Of a stretch of 64,000 nt of DNA, positions 1 through 10,967 are shown piece by piece. This DNA is from Eledone cirrhosa. Lineage: Eukaryota. The notes below the pieces were generated by a model. It did not search any database. It worked only from the letters and a program-made list of their open reading frames with translations, and had not been told where the DNA came from. The DNA lies in the NCBI GenBank assembly GCA_964016885.1, contig OZ024741.1, positions 26,970,001-27,034,000 on the forward strand. The letters run 5' to 3'. The translations under genes were made by a program, and so were the position numbers. How positions within the stretch are numbered: position 1 is the first letter of the stretch; each line of letters starts with the position of its first letter.

Positions 1-107
1 ATTTTAATAATGAACTAGTTAATAATTTTAGTAAATCCCTCAAAATTCTTCATGAATTAATTGAAATAGAGTATATTTCATTAGAAATGCAGTCATGAAA
101 GAGTTAA
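1..107. mobile_element. Right end of a TTAA-flanked piggyBac-like MITE (cut by the window edge)
   Basis: Matches the 3' part of the element at 23858-24093 (gtaaatccctcaaaatt...gtcatgaaagagttaa). Confidence 0.6.
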
Positions 108-136
108 AACATTTGCTGCCTCTACATACAAATTGT

Positions 137-350
137 TTAACCTTTTAGTTACCAACCCAGCCAAAACTGGCTCTAGTTCTATGAAATAAAACCACCCATT
201 TTAAAGGTTTCTAATTTAAATGAAAATCTTTCAATATAATTTTATATAAGAACCTTACATTAAGTTACTATCTTAGTAATGAAATAATTAATAACTTTAG
301 TAAATCCCTCAAAAATCATTTCATTATAAATACAGTGCTGATAGGGTTAA
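137..350. mobile_element. piggyBac-like MITE, about 210 bp
   Basis: TTAA-ccttt...aggg-TTAA ends; internally similar to 23858-24093. Confidence 0.65.
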
Positions 351-514
351 ATCTGTTTCAACTATGAGAAATATAATTCTAAATACAAGACAATTCTATC
401 GGTAAATAACATGACACAGAAAAGACTATAGCAGTCACTGGCTGATATGATTGGACCATATTAGTAATTTCATCTTCCCCCAGCAGGACAATCTAATTCT
501 AAATATATATATTA

Positions 515-872
515 TTATTGTTGTTGTTGTCATCGTTGTTGTCATCATCACCGTCATCTCTACCATCATCATCATCACTATCATTATCACTATCATCATC
601 ACCACTACCATCATCATCATCCATCATCACCACCACCACCACCATCATGACCATCACCACCATCTCCATCATCACCACCACCATCATCACCACCATCACC
701 ATCATCACCGCCACCATCATCACCACCGCCACCATCATCACCGCCATCACCATCATCACCACCACCATCATCATCACAACCACCATCACCACCACCACCA
801 TCACCACCACCACCACCATCACCATCACCACCACCACCACCATCACCACCACCACCATCACTACCACCATCA
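515..872. repeat. (CAT)/(CAC) trinucleotide microsatellite
   Basis: Directly visible; source of the spurious poly-His/poly-Thr ORFs. Confidence 0.95.
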
Positions 873-1406
873 TACACATGGGCTCCTATGTATGTGTTGT
901 TTATGCTGGCCATTTCTCCTTTAACCAAACAGAAATACAAAGCCACTTCCTTGCTGCCAGCTATTACAGAACTAAAATGTCAGACATATCTCTATTATGG
1001 TAATTATTATCTATATGTTGTTCCCCTCTTATGTCTGTTTTCTTCTAATTTAAATAATTCTAAGTTTATAAACAGGACAAAATTTAATTTCAAATATAAA
1101 CTATTTAAGTATCCTCACATATAATATTTCAGAGCAATAACTGTAATATTGACCACTATACATGTTTCCCCCTCCACTCTCGACAACCTAGACAGAACCA
1201 CCATCAACCTAAACACCCTCTGTCCTTCAATATATATATAACAAATATCATCAGACCACAGTCACCCTCAATATCTTGTTTCTATTGAGTTGTGGCTACC
1301 AAATAAATCATTACTGACTTGGTCTATGTAGACCTGTCCAACCCTTGCTAGCAGAGAAAGCAGACGTTAAATCAACAATGATGATGATGATATATATATA
1401 TATATA

Positions 1407-2629
1407 TCATCATCATCATTGTTTAATGTCCATCTTCCACACTAGCATGGGTTAGACGGGAGTTGTCCCAATTTGAGGCAAGGTTGGTCGGGTGACCGTG
1501 TCCCACTCATATAGGACTGTCTGGCAGGTTTTCTACGGCTGGATGCCCTTCCTAACACCAACCACATTTACAGTATGGACTGGGAACTTTTTACCGTGTT
1601 ACCTACATGGCCACATTACAGCGTGGACTGTGTGTTTTTTTGTAGTGACACCTACACGATCTCGATCTCATTATCTCAGTAATTTGGACTGGATGTTGTG
1701 GTACCAACTTTACAGAGAGAGGGTGGTGTTGGTGGAGTGGGAGGATGGAGTAGGGGTAGTGGATTGGGGTGTATATTTGGTTAAGAGGTGCCTATTGACT
1801 GTAGGTTTCCCTTTGTACATAGGCAAGGCGGGTCTTCTGTATTACTGCGTGGTGCCAAAGATCTCGGTCCAGTGACATTGTCTTAGAGAGGTGCAAGTGT
1901 GTAAGGTCAGAATTTATCAAATCATCCCAGGTTTTTCTGGGTCTACCTACTCCGTAACTTCCATCAATTTTGATCGCCCTGCACTTTTTTTATACAACTG
2001 TCATCTTTCATGCGCATCACATGACCATACCAACGTAGTCTTCTGTCAAGTAAACAGCATCTGATCCCTCTTATTCCTAATTTCTCACTTAGTTCATTTA
2101 TGTTTTGCCATTCACGTATATTACTATTACACATCCAATGGAGCATGCATGCTTCATTCCTTTCCATTCTGCGCAGGTCCTCTGCACACAATGCCCATGT
2201 CTCACTGCCATGTAGCATTGCTGTTCGTATACAGGCATCATACAATCTGCCTTTCATTTTTAGAGAGAAACCTTTTGTGGCCAACAGCAGTATAAGCTCT
2301 CTCTAACTCTGGCTACTGTACTTTCAGAGCACCCTCCACCACTGCTGATTTTGTCATCCAGGTAACGGAAAATGTCCACTATTTCTATAGAACCAACTGG
2401 GCAATAGAAGGAGCTAGTATCCTGTGGGCACTTGCTACTTGTTGCACCTGAGCATCGGCCACATATATAATCTACGTTCTTAGATAGTTTACCTGTGATC
2501 CCACTACATCTTTTATGTACCCATAGTTTGCATTTGGGACATAAAATGGAATTTCTACCTACTCCTTTCCTACACACTGAGCATGGCCATTTCCCATACT
2601 AGAACTTTAGTCTTAACTTTAAGGCCCTT
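1407..2629 (-). mobile_element. 5'-truncated RTE-type LINE (subfamily B, 'TWALCAED'), decayed
   Basis: ORF pieces 2260-2577 (CRKGVGRNSILCPKC) and 1964-2284 (KGRLYDACIRTAMLHGSETW...LRWYGHVMR); shared 3' tail ending in (GAT)n next to (TA)n. Confidence 0.9.
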
Positions 2630-2659
2630 TGTGTGTGTATATATATACCTTCTGCTTCA

Positions 2660-2862
2660 TCTTAAAAAAAGGAAGGACAACAGGTTGTTCTCAGTTGCTA
2701 ACCTGGTCTTCTTCTTCTTCTTGAAAGGGTTGTGACGGCAACCGTCTCCAACTGATCCAGCTGGATCCCCAAGTGAGACCAGCCAATCTCATGGATGTTA
2801 TCCAACCATTTTGCTCGGGATCTACCTCTGGGTCTCCTGCCAGTTGGTTTTGCCAGTAAAAT
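2660..2862 (-). mobile_element. 3' fragment of a second LINE family (RTE/L2-like)
   Basis: Similar to 38960-39270; minus strand reads AKPTGRRPRGR...WLDNIHEIGWSHLG. Confidence 0.6.
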
Positions 2863-3369
2863 GGAAAAGCAGACGTAAAAACGATGATGATATATATATC
2901 ATCACTATAATGGTGGTGATGGTAGTGGGGGTGGTGATGGAAGTGGTGAGGGAAGTGGTGGTAGTGATGGTGTTAGTGGTGGCAGTGGTAGTGTTGGAAG
3001 TGGTAGTGGTAGTGGTGGTGATGGTGGTGAAACAATGTGTACATACCTTAAAGCAATCAGATATCTGACATTAAAACTGAAATATGAAGAGGACAATAAA
3101 AGCTACTGCAAATATTGAATAAAAGAAGAGAGATAAATTCATTGACTATTTCATGTATTTAGACAGCAGTAAATATAATTAGGGCTTCCTATGGCCAAAA
3201 TATTAAATATATAAATTTATTTCATTATTCAGCACGTTTTTTTTTTCGGCATATTTTTTTTTTTTTTTTTTACATATTTATTGAAATAAATGAAGATTAT
3301 ATATTTGACCCTTTTGATACCAAACCACCTGAAACTAGTCCCGTTTCTATGATATATTTTAAAGGGTTT

Positions 3370-3600
3370 ATATTTATTTTAAAACTTTCCATCATCTCTT
3401 CAGTTGATTTGAGTGAATTGAGATCAGGTCTCTCCACTGCCACCCATGTGTTCCTTGGTCTTCCCTCTCTCCTGTGGCTTCCTTCCACTGTGATTTCTAG
3501 GTACTTCATCATCCATTTGTCATCATCATTATACATCACATGACTATACCAGTGCAATCTTCTTTCTTGCACATCAACATTGCACATCCATCGAAACATA
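3370..3600 (-). mobile_element. Old RTE LINE C-terminal fragment
   Basis: MFRWMCNV...ERRLHWYSHVM...GRPRNTW, homologous to the younger LINE copies. Confidence 0.75.
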
Positions 3601-3656
3601 CTCTATTCCTTCCATATACTGTACCGATTAGGTTGTTATTTCTGTTTACCTTTTAC

Positions 3657-3717
<61 letters not shown>

Positions 3718-3720
<3 letters not shown>

Positions 3721-5440
3721 GTATAAAGCTGATGGACCAGGTCATGAAAGTAACAGAAAGAGTTATAGCACAGTTGATTAGGGACCGGGTGAAACTAGAT
3801 GAGATGCAATTTGGGTTTGTACCAGGAAGAGGCACCACTGATGCCCTCTTCCTTGTGAGGCAATTACAGGAAAAGTACCTAGCTAAAAGTAAGCCACTCT
3901 ATTGGCATTTGTCGACCTTGAGAAAGCCTTTGACAGAGTTCCACGTGCTGTAATCTGGTGGGCTCTTAGAAAACTAGGAGTAGATGAATGGCTTGTGAAA
4001 GCGGTACAAGCCATGTATAGGAGAGCAGTCAGCAAAGTTAGGATTAGCAATGAGTATAGTGAGGAATTTAGCGTACAGGTTGGGGTCCACCAGGGCTCTG
4101 TTCTTAGCCCCCTGCTGTTCATCATAGTCTTGCAGGCAATAACGGAGGAGTTTAAGACCGGATGCCTATGGGAACTCCTGTATGCTGATGACCTCGCACT
4201 CATAGCTGAATCTATGGTAGAACTAGAGAAGAAATACCAAACTTGGAAGCAGGGACTAGAAAGAAGGTCTCAAAGTCAACATGACAAAGACTAAGGTCCT
4301 TGTAAGTAGACGAGAAAACAGAACCCAGATCCCCTCAGGGAAATGGCCTTGCTCAGTATGTAGGAAAGGTGTAGGTAGGAACTCCATTCTCTGCCCCAAA
4401 TGCAAACAATGGGTACACAAGAGATGTAGCGGGATCTCAGGAAGCTTAATTAAGAATGTAGGCTTCGCATGCAGCAGCTGTGCTGGGACAGTAAGCAGCA
4501 AACGGCCACAGGAAACAAGTACCACCAATCTCTGGGAGGGCCCTGTAGAAACAGTAGACAGCTTCTGCTACCTAGGTGACTGAATTAGCAGCGGAGGTGG
4601 GTGTTCAGAAAATACAATAACTAGGGTAAGAACGGGATGGAAGAAGTTCAGGGAACTACTGCCACTGCTAGCTGCAAAAGGCTTCTCCCTCAAAATGAAC
4701 GGCAGACTGTATGATGCGTGTATCCGAACAGCAATGTTACATGGTAGTGAGACCCGGGCACTGAAGGTGGAAGACTTACGTAGATTAGAGAGAAACGAAG
4801 CCTGCATGCTCTGATGGATGTGTAATAGTAATATACGCGAACGACAAAGCATAAATGAATTCAGAGAGAGACTGAGCATAAGAGGAATCAAATGCTGTGT
4901 GCAGGAGAGGTGGTTGCGTTGGTATGGACATGTGATGCGTATGAAGGATGACAGTTGCATAAAAAGGTGCAGAGCACTAGAAGTCGATGGAAACCGCGGA
5001 GTGGGGAGACCAAAGATGACCTGGGATGAGGTGATAAAAGCCGACCTTACCCAATTACACCTCTCAAAGGTGATGACACATGACCGTGACCTCTGGCGTC
5101 ACGCAGTAATACAGAGTACCCGACCTCCCATGGAGGTGAAGCATATAGACAATATGCCCCCACACCCTCCCACTGCAAGGTGGTCGTGGAGGTGCCACGG
5201 CAAAAAAGCACCCAGCCCACACTGTAAAGTGGACGTGTAGGCGCCACGAAAAAGCACCCAGCACTCACTGTTAATAAGGTTGGTGTTAGGAAGGGCATCC
5301 AGCTGTAGAAATCAAGCCAGAATCAGTTCCTGTATGAGCAAGGCATGGTCAGCTGACCAGACACTGCCCACAACAGGACAACCCGTCTAACCCATGTTAG
5401 CGTGGAAGAACGGACGTAAAACGGTGATGATGATGATGAT
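3718..5440 (+). mobile_element. 5'-truncated RTE-type LINE (subfamily A); RT domain with frameshifts and stops
   Basis: RT motifs QFGFVPGRGTTDA, FVDLEKAFDRV, GVHQGSVLSP, LLYADD; then PHD-like finger, LRWYGHV and GRPKMTW; 3' UTR ends in (GAT)n; 5' end abuts (TA)n. Confidence 0.95.
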
Positions 5441-5482
5441 ACCTGGTTCCTTACCACACTTCCTTCGTTATATATATACATA

Positions 5483-5563
5483 TACAGGGTGTCCCAAAAA
5501 ATGTATACACACTTCAACAGAATTCTAATAAAAGTATGTATATATTTTGGGGGACACCCTGTA
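5483..5563. mobile_element. Tc1/mariner-type mini-MITE, about 77 bp
   Basis: TA-cagggtgtccc...gggacaccctg-TA; a related copy lies at 36248-36322. Confidence 0.8.
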
Positions 5564-5787
5564 TCATCATCATTATTATCATCACCGTTTAACGTCCACT
5601 TTTCCATGTCTTAGACGAGTTATCCTGTTGTGAGCAATGCCAGGTCTGGTGACCAAGTCTTGCTCATACAGAACCTGTATATATATTATATATATATATG
5701 TAGGAGGTGAGTTTTATTGTTTGACAATATGTTGATTTAAAACTTCACTATTCACAAGTGTTTTTTAACCTTCATATCATGTATCCC

Positions 5788-5858
5788 TATTTTATCTGAT
5801 GAAAACGCAGATATCATCTCATGATGATATTTGTTTTTGAAATGCGCATAATAAAATA
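5788..5858 (+). ncRNA. Type I hammerhead ribozyme motif (family A) within a (TA)n-flanked element at about 5699-5895
   Basis: tattttat-CTGATGA-long stem II-GAAA-tgcgca-TA-ataaaata; perfect 8-bp stem I, palindromic stem III. Confidence 0.8.
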
Positions 5859-6241
5859 CTTGGAACTCTTTTAACCATCTTTTGATCGTATATTATTATA
5901 TATATTATATATCATTCACCATCATTAGCAACATTTTATGTCTGTTTTTCCATGTTTGTATAGGATGGATGGGTCTTTTTCAGTACAGCATCTCTCTCCT
6001 TGCCATGTTCCTTCATCAAGATGGTTGACTGAACACAAACATGGTTCTTCATCAGAAAATGTTTTTTTCTTCCTCTTCTCACTCTTCTCTATCTTTCTAG
6101 CACTGCTTGTATTCTATTTTCTGATGAAAGACAAGTGTCTGAAACGATACCACTTTTTTTCCTACTATATTAAGCATTAAACTAATATATATCTTCATTG
6201 AACCATATCATTTGATATGTAGTTTTCTGTTTAAATTTTGT

Positions 6242-6281
<40 letters not shown>

Positions 6282-6301
6282 ACACACACATATATATATA
6301 T

Positions 6302-6783
6302 ATGGCTTAGTGGTTAGAGCATTGGGCTTCCAATCGAAAGGTTGTGAGTTCAATTCTCAGACTGGGTGATGTGTTGTTTCCTTGACCAAGTCACTTTATT
6401 TCACATTGCTCCAGTTCACTCAGCTGTAGAAATGAGATGATAGGGACTGGGGTCCCTATCATTCCACTGCAAAGTCGTTGTGGAGGCGCCACGGCAAAAA
6501 AGCACCCAGCCCACACTGTAAAGTGGACGTGTAGGTGCCACAGCAAAAAGCACCCAGCCCACACTGTAAAGTGGACGTGTAGGCGCCACGGCAAAAAAGC
6601 ACCCAGTCCACACTGTAAAGTGGACGTGTAGGCGCCACGGCAAAAAAGCACCCAGCCCTCACTGTAAATGAGGTTGGTGTTAGGAAGGGCATCCAGATGT
6701 AGAAATCAAGCCAGAATCAGTTCCCGTCCCACCCTTGCAAGCAGGGAAAAGCGGACGTAAAATGAAATGATGATGATGATGAT
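6302..6783 (+). mobile_element. tRNA-derived SINE with CORE-like body and RTE-LINE-derived 3' tail
   Basis: A box tggcttagtggtta, B box gagttcaattc; tail ggttggtgttaggaagggcatccag...(GAT)n shared with the LINE; about 4 copies of a 48-bp internal repeat. Confidence 0.85.
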
Positions 6784-6966
6784 ATATATAGAGGGAGAGA
6801 TGTTATCATCATCATCATCATAATTTAAAATCTGTTTTCCATGTTACCAAGGGTTTGATGGGTTCTCTCAGACTGAGTCAGTACTCAAATAGAGCTACTG
6901 ACCTTTCAGATGAAACTGATACCTGCATCTCACTTATGTATGATCTCGCACTTCATCAATGCATTT

Positions 6967-7025
<59 letters not shown>

Positions 7026-7032
<7 letters not shown>

Positions 7033-7687
7033 ATGGGGAGAAGAATACTGCATGGTTGCACATGGATAACATGTTATAAAATGAGTCCCTCATCAGTGAT
7101 TTGCCAACGATCATTGGTATTTCATCGCATTAAAAATCATATACCTCACGTTGGTGCGAAAATAACTAAAATAAGTTATTAGGACAATTGAAACGCGTAA
7201 AGCTAGTGAGACAAGTAAACAACACAGGGGAAAGCTAACCGAAGATGGAAAGAAACACAAGCAACATGGTTATTCTATCAGCATAAGCTGTGTGAATATA
7301 TGTGCGAGTTAGAAACAGACCTTCCGCTAGTGAATCCGATGTTAGAAAGAAGGAAAATCGTTTTCGTAGCGAACGGGAGGAAGTAAGAAGGGGAGAAACA
7401 GAGAGTGAGTGAGTGGAAGTGCGAGGAAGAGGTCAGTAGAGAGAAAGAGTTAACTGACATGACAGAGGGGACGAAAGAAAGTAAGAGAAACAGAGAGAAC
7501 GAGGGAGCAGTAAGAGAGAAAGAGAGAAACACAGAATCGCAGTTTAGGTAAATATATGAAAAATATGGGGAGAAGAATACTGCATGGTTGCACATGGATA
7601 ACATGTTATAAAATGAGCCCCTCATCAGTGATTTGCCAACGATCATTGGTATTTCATCGCATTAAAAATCATATACCTCACGTTGGT
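7026..7687. mobile_element. Non-coding element with 129-bp terminal direct repeats, between (TA)n tracts
   Basis: 7026-7155 and 7559-7687 are identical except for one base; period 532 bp. Confidence 0.7.
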
Positions 7688-7843
7688 ATATATATATATA
7701 TATATTAAAAGTTAAACAAGGTTCAATGAATAAATCAAAGAATGAGTTTTACAATAGATTGGAAGAACTCAACAGAATGGTTTTCCAGAGTTATTAATAT
7801 TAATTCAAAATATTAACAAAATAGATATTCTTGTGATCAAGTA

Positions 7844-7910
7844 TATTTTATTATACACATTTCAGAGGTACTGAGTTAACTTCAACAGTACGTCCTCATC
7901 AGATAAAATA
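7844..7910 (-). ncRNA. Type I hammerhead motif (family B), left arm of an inverted repeat
   Basis: Minus strand: tattttat-CTGATGA-gga c gtactg...cagtac c tct-GAAA-tgtgta-TA-ataaaata. Confidence 0.8.
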
Positions 7911-7991
7911 AGATGATGCATGACATACTACTACTACTACCATGACTGAATCTTAACCATCTACTATGTCAGGGTATGTCATGCATCATCT

Positions 7992-8057
7992 TATTTTATC
8001 TGATGAGACGTACTATTGAAGTTAACTCAGTACCTCTGAAATGTGTATAATAAAATA
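7992..8057 (+). ncRNA. Type I hammerhead motif (family B), right arm of an inverted repeat
   Basis: tattttat-CTGATGA-gacgtact...agtacctct-GAAA-tgtgta-TA-ataaaata; one base is missing from stem II. Confidence 0.7.
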
Positions 8058-8097
8058 TACTTGATCACAAGAATATCTATTTTGTTAATATTTTGAA

Positions 8098-8154
<57 letters not shown>

Positions 8155-8958
8155 TAATTATAGTATGTAGATAGGTAGAACTAGATATAACGTGTTGTGT
8201 AAGCATGTAAGAACCACAGTTTTTGGTATAAATAAATTATAAATCAGTGTTGACTTAGTATTTCAGTAATGAATGAGATTAATTCATTAAGAAATACTCT
8301 GCCAAATAATATTATTTTGTAAATGCTTCAATTCTGGCTTCATAGCTGGGAAGTTACATAAATATTTCATCAGAAATATTCTGTTTGTCTGGTAGAAATC
8401 AAACACCCACTCCTCTTATGTCACTTTCTTAGTGTCTGGATTTTAAAAAACTTTCTAGTCTTCTCTCCATCTCTCCAATACTTTCTCAGTGTCTGGATTA
8501 AAAGAACTTTCTATAGTCATCTTCCCAACACATGCTCTGTGGCTGGTTTAACTCTTTAGTGTTCAAATCGCCCGAAAACAGCCACACTAAAACATCGTTC
8601 TAAAAATAAACAAACCATCATCAAAATCTCGTCAATTCGAGACTGGTGCGAGATTAGGCTCTTACCGCAAAAATTAACACTTAATATAGTGAAACAACTT
8701 GAAACAACACGTGTTTTTTTAACTTTGAAAGTGCAACAATTTTTTTTTTTTTTTATGTATCCACATGGCTTATGAAAGTAGCGATACTGACTTTGAAGTT
8801 TTTACACACGACGACATTCAGAATAAACAACAAACAAACGATAAGATTTATCTTCAAATGAATCTGATGTTTATATTTCTGAAATTTCATCCGACGGTGA
8901 TTGTGGTTTTGAAAGTGAAAACTAAGGAGACTCCATTGAAAATATTTCAGCAACATCG

Positions 8959-9363
8959 TTGAAAAATACCACACCAATATATGTTCCCGATTTTATTCAA
9001 ATTACTGGTCCACAACACACGTTAGCTCCCGATGCTAAAGCACTGGATTATTTCTTTTTGTTTTTATCACAAACTTTCTTCGAAGTTGTGGCAGAAGAGA
9101 TTAATCGATATGCCCAACAACAGATTTCAAATCGAGGAAAACCCGATCTGTTATGGCGACCGACAGATGCTGCGGAAATGCGAGCATTTTTTACCGTAAA
9201 TATTATATTCGGTATAAAACAATTTCCAAGACTGTGGAATTACTGGAACACTGATATAAGGTTTAGTGATCCTTATATATCAAGTATTATGCTGAAAACA
9301 ACGTATTTAAAATTAAACCAGTATTTACACCTGGTTGATACTTCAAATGCCACTATTAATTAA
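8959..9363 (+). pseudogene. piggyBac transposase N-terminal fragment (PGBD4-like)
   Basis: DYFFLFL...EEINRYAQQ...WRPTDAAEMRAFF...GIKQFPRLWNYW...YLHLVD; ends before the DDD catalytic core. Confidence 0.85.
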
Positions 9364-9535
9364 TTTCACCTGCCCATAAAAGTCAAATTTGAGCAAAAAA
9401 ATCAAGTAAAATTATATAATTGTAAATTATTGATATTTAAACATCTACTGACAAAATTTCAAGTCTGCACATAGAAAATTAAGAAACTTACAAACAAATA
9501 AAATTGATAACCCTCTTGAGTACGATTAACTGAAA

Positions 9536-9850
9536 ATAATTGTTTCTACGTTTGGCACAAGGCCAGCAATTTAACCAGTGCATTACTGGTACTTTATTTT
9601 ATCGACCCCATAAGGATGAAAGGCAAAGTTAACCTCAGCGGGATTTGAACGATTAACTGAAAATAATTTTTTCTACTTTTGGCACAAGGCCAGCAATTAA
9701 CCAGTGCATTACTGGTACTTTATTTTATCGACCCCGTAAGGATGAAAGGCAAAGTTAACCTCGGCGGGATTTGAACTCAGATCATAAAGGGACGTAACTC
9801 TATGCTTCAAAGCATGGTGTCCGACTCTCTACCGATACTGCCAATCCACC
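9536..9850 (-). mobile_element. tRNA-derived SINE (second family) with a local 127-bp tandem duplication
   Basis: Same family as 10250-10632; the flank cgattaactgaaaataat is repeated at 9523 and 9650. Confidence 0.85.
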
Positions 9851-10249
9851 AATGTGAACAGATAAGCATGACGTTTGAAAATTAATGCGAATGCTAAAGG
9901 GTTAAAAGAAGTTTCTACAGTCAGTCACGCTCTCTCTCTCTCTCACACTTACTCTGTGTCTGGATAAAAAGAAGTTCCTACAATTATGCACCCGTCTCTC
10001 CAACACTTGCTCTGTGTCTGGATTAAAAGAAATTTCTCCAGTCATGTCCCCATCTCTCCAACACTTGCTTGAAGGCTGATTATGTGTTTTTTCACAAAAT
10101 CTTTAGCTCTTAATATCTTGCAATGATTTAGCTGAAACTATTTAAAAGCCAGGTTTGTTAATTCAAATATTTATAGTATTTTTACTAGTGAACAGACCAA
10201 TGTAAAAACTGCAGTAAACTAAAGTTAAGAATTCATTATTTAATATGAT

Positions 10250-10435
10250 GCAGTGGATTGGCAGTATCGGTAGAGAGTCGGACGCCATGCTTTCCAGCAT
10301 AGTTACGTCCCTTTACGATCTGAGTTCAAATCCCGCCGAGGTTCACTTTGCCTTTCATCCTTACGGGGTCGATAAAATAAAGTACTAGTAATGCACTGGG
10401 TTATTGCTGGCCTTGTGCCTAAAGTAGAAACAATT
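10250..10435 (+). mobile_element. tRNA-derived SINE
   Basis: A box tggcagtatcgg, B box gagttcaaatcc; central block gcctttcatccttacggggtcgataaaataa. Confidence 0.9.
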
Positions 10436-10444
10436 ATTTAATGT

Positions 10445-10632
10445 AATTGTTTCTACTTTAGGCACAAGGCCAGCAATTAACCAGTGCATTACTGGTACTT
10501 TTATTTTATCGACCCCGTAAGGATGAAAGGCAAAGTCAACCTCGGCGGGATTTGAACTCAGATCGTAAAGGGACGTAACTATGCTGGAAAGCATGGCGTC
10601 CGACCCTCTACCGATACTGCCATTCCACCGCA
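10445..10632 (-). mobile_element. tRNA-derived SINE, inverted partner of the preceding copy
   Basis: Near-perfect reverse complement of 10250-10435. Confidence 0.9.
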
Positions 10633-10967
10633 AATTATTTAATATAATGCAGCCAAATTGCTGTTTTGTACTTTTGAAAAATGTTTTGCTAATGCAGTTT
10701 CATGTGGTACAGGATGTTGATAGTTAAAATAGCACAAGAATATGCTTGCAAATAATAAACCTGACTCCTCTTTCATCTAATAATGGACTCATCCTGCCTG
10801 TCTTTCACAATCCATTAATTTTATCCAAAATGGAATAACGTCCATCAACTTGTCAGAGAAAACTCTCTGAAAGAAAGGGAAAGAAAAAAATTGTAGTTTT
10901 TTGTCCTCGTTGCTATTACTGAATTATGTCTGGAGTGTTTTATCATCACTATCACCATGTTTTTATA

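Larger units (their letters stand above)
8548..9905 (+). mobile_element. Internally deleted piggyBac transposon
   Basis: TTAA target duplication; TIRs ctctttagtgttc / gaatgctaaaggg (10 of 13 match); carries a transposase fragment and a nested SINE. Confidence 0.85.

Noticed and set aside
878-1005. Possible short exon ending in a GTAATT donor
   Set aside because: No acceptor site and no recognisable protein similarity.
6040-6060. Further CTGATGA matches (minus strand at about 6047; plus strand at about 31495)
   Set aside because: No correctly placed GAAA or closing stems, so not called as hammerheads.
6302-6365. tRNA genes (also at 10250 and 25566)
   Set aside because: A and B boxes are present, but they continue into SINE bodies with no complete cloverleaf.
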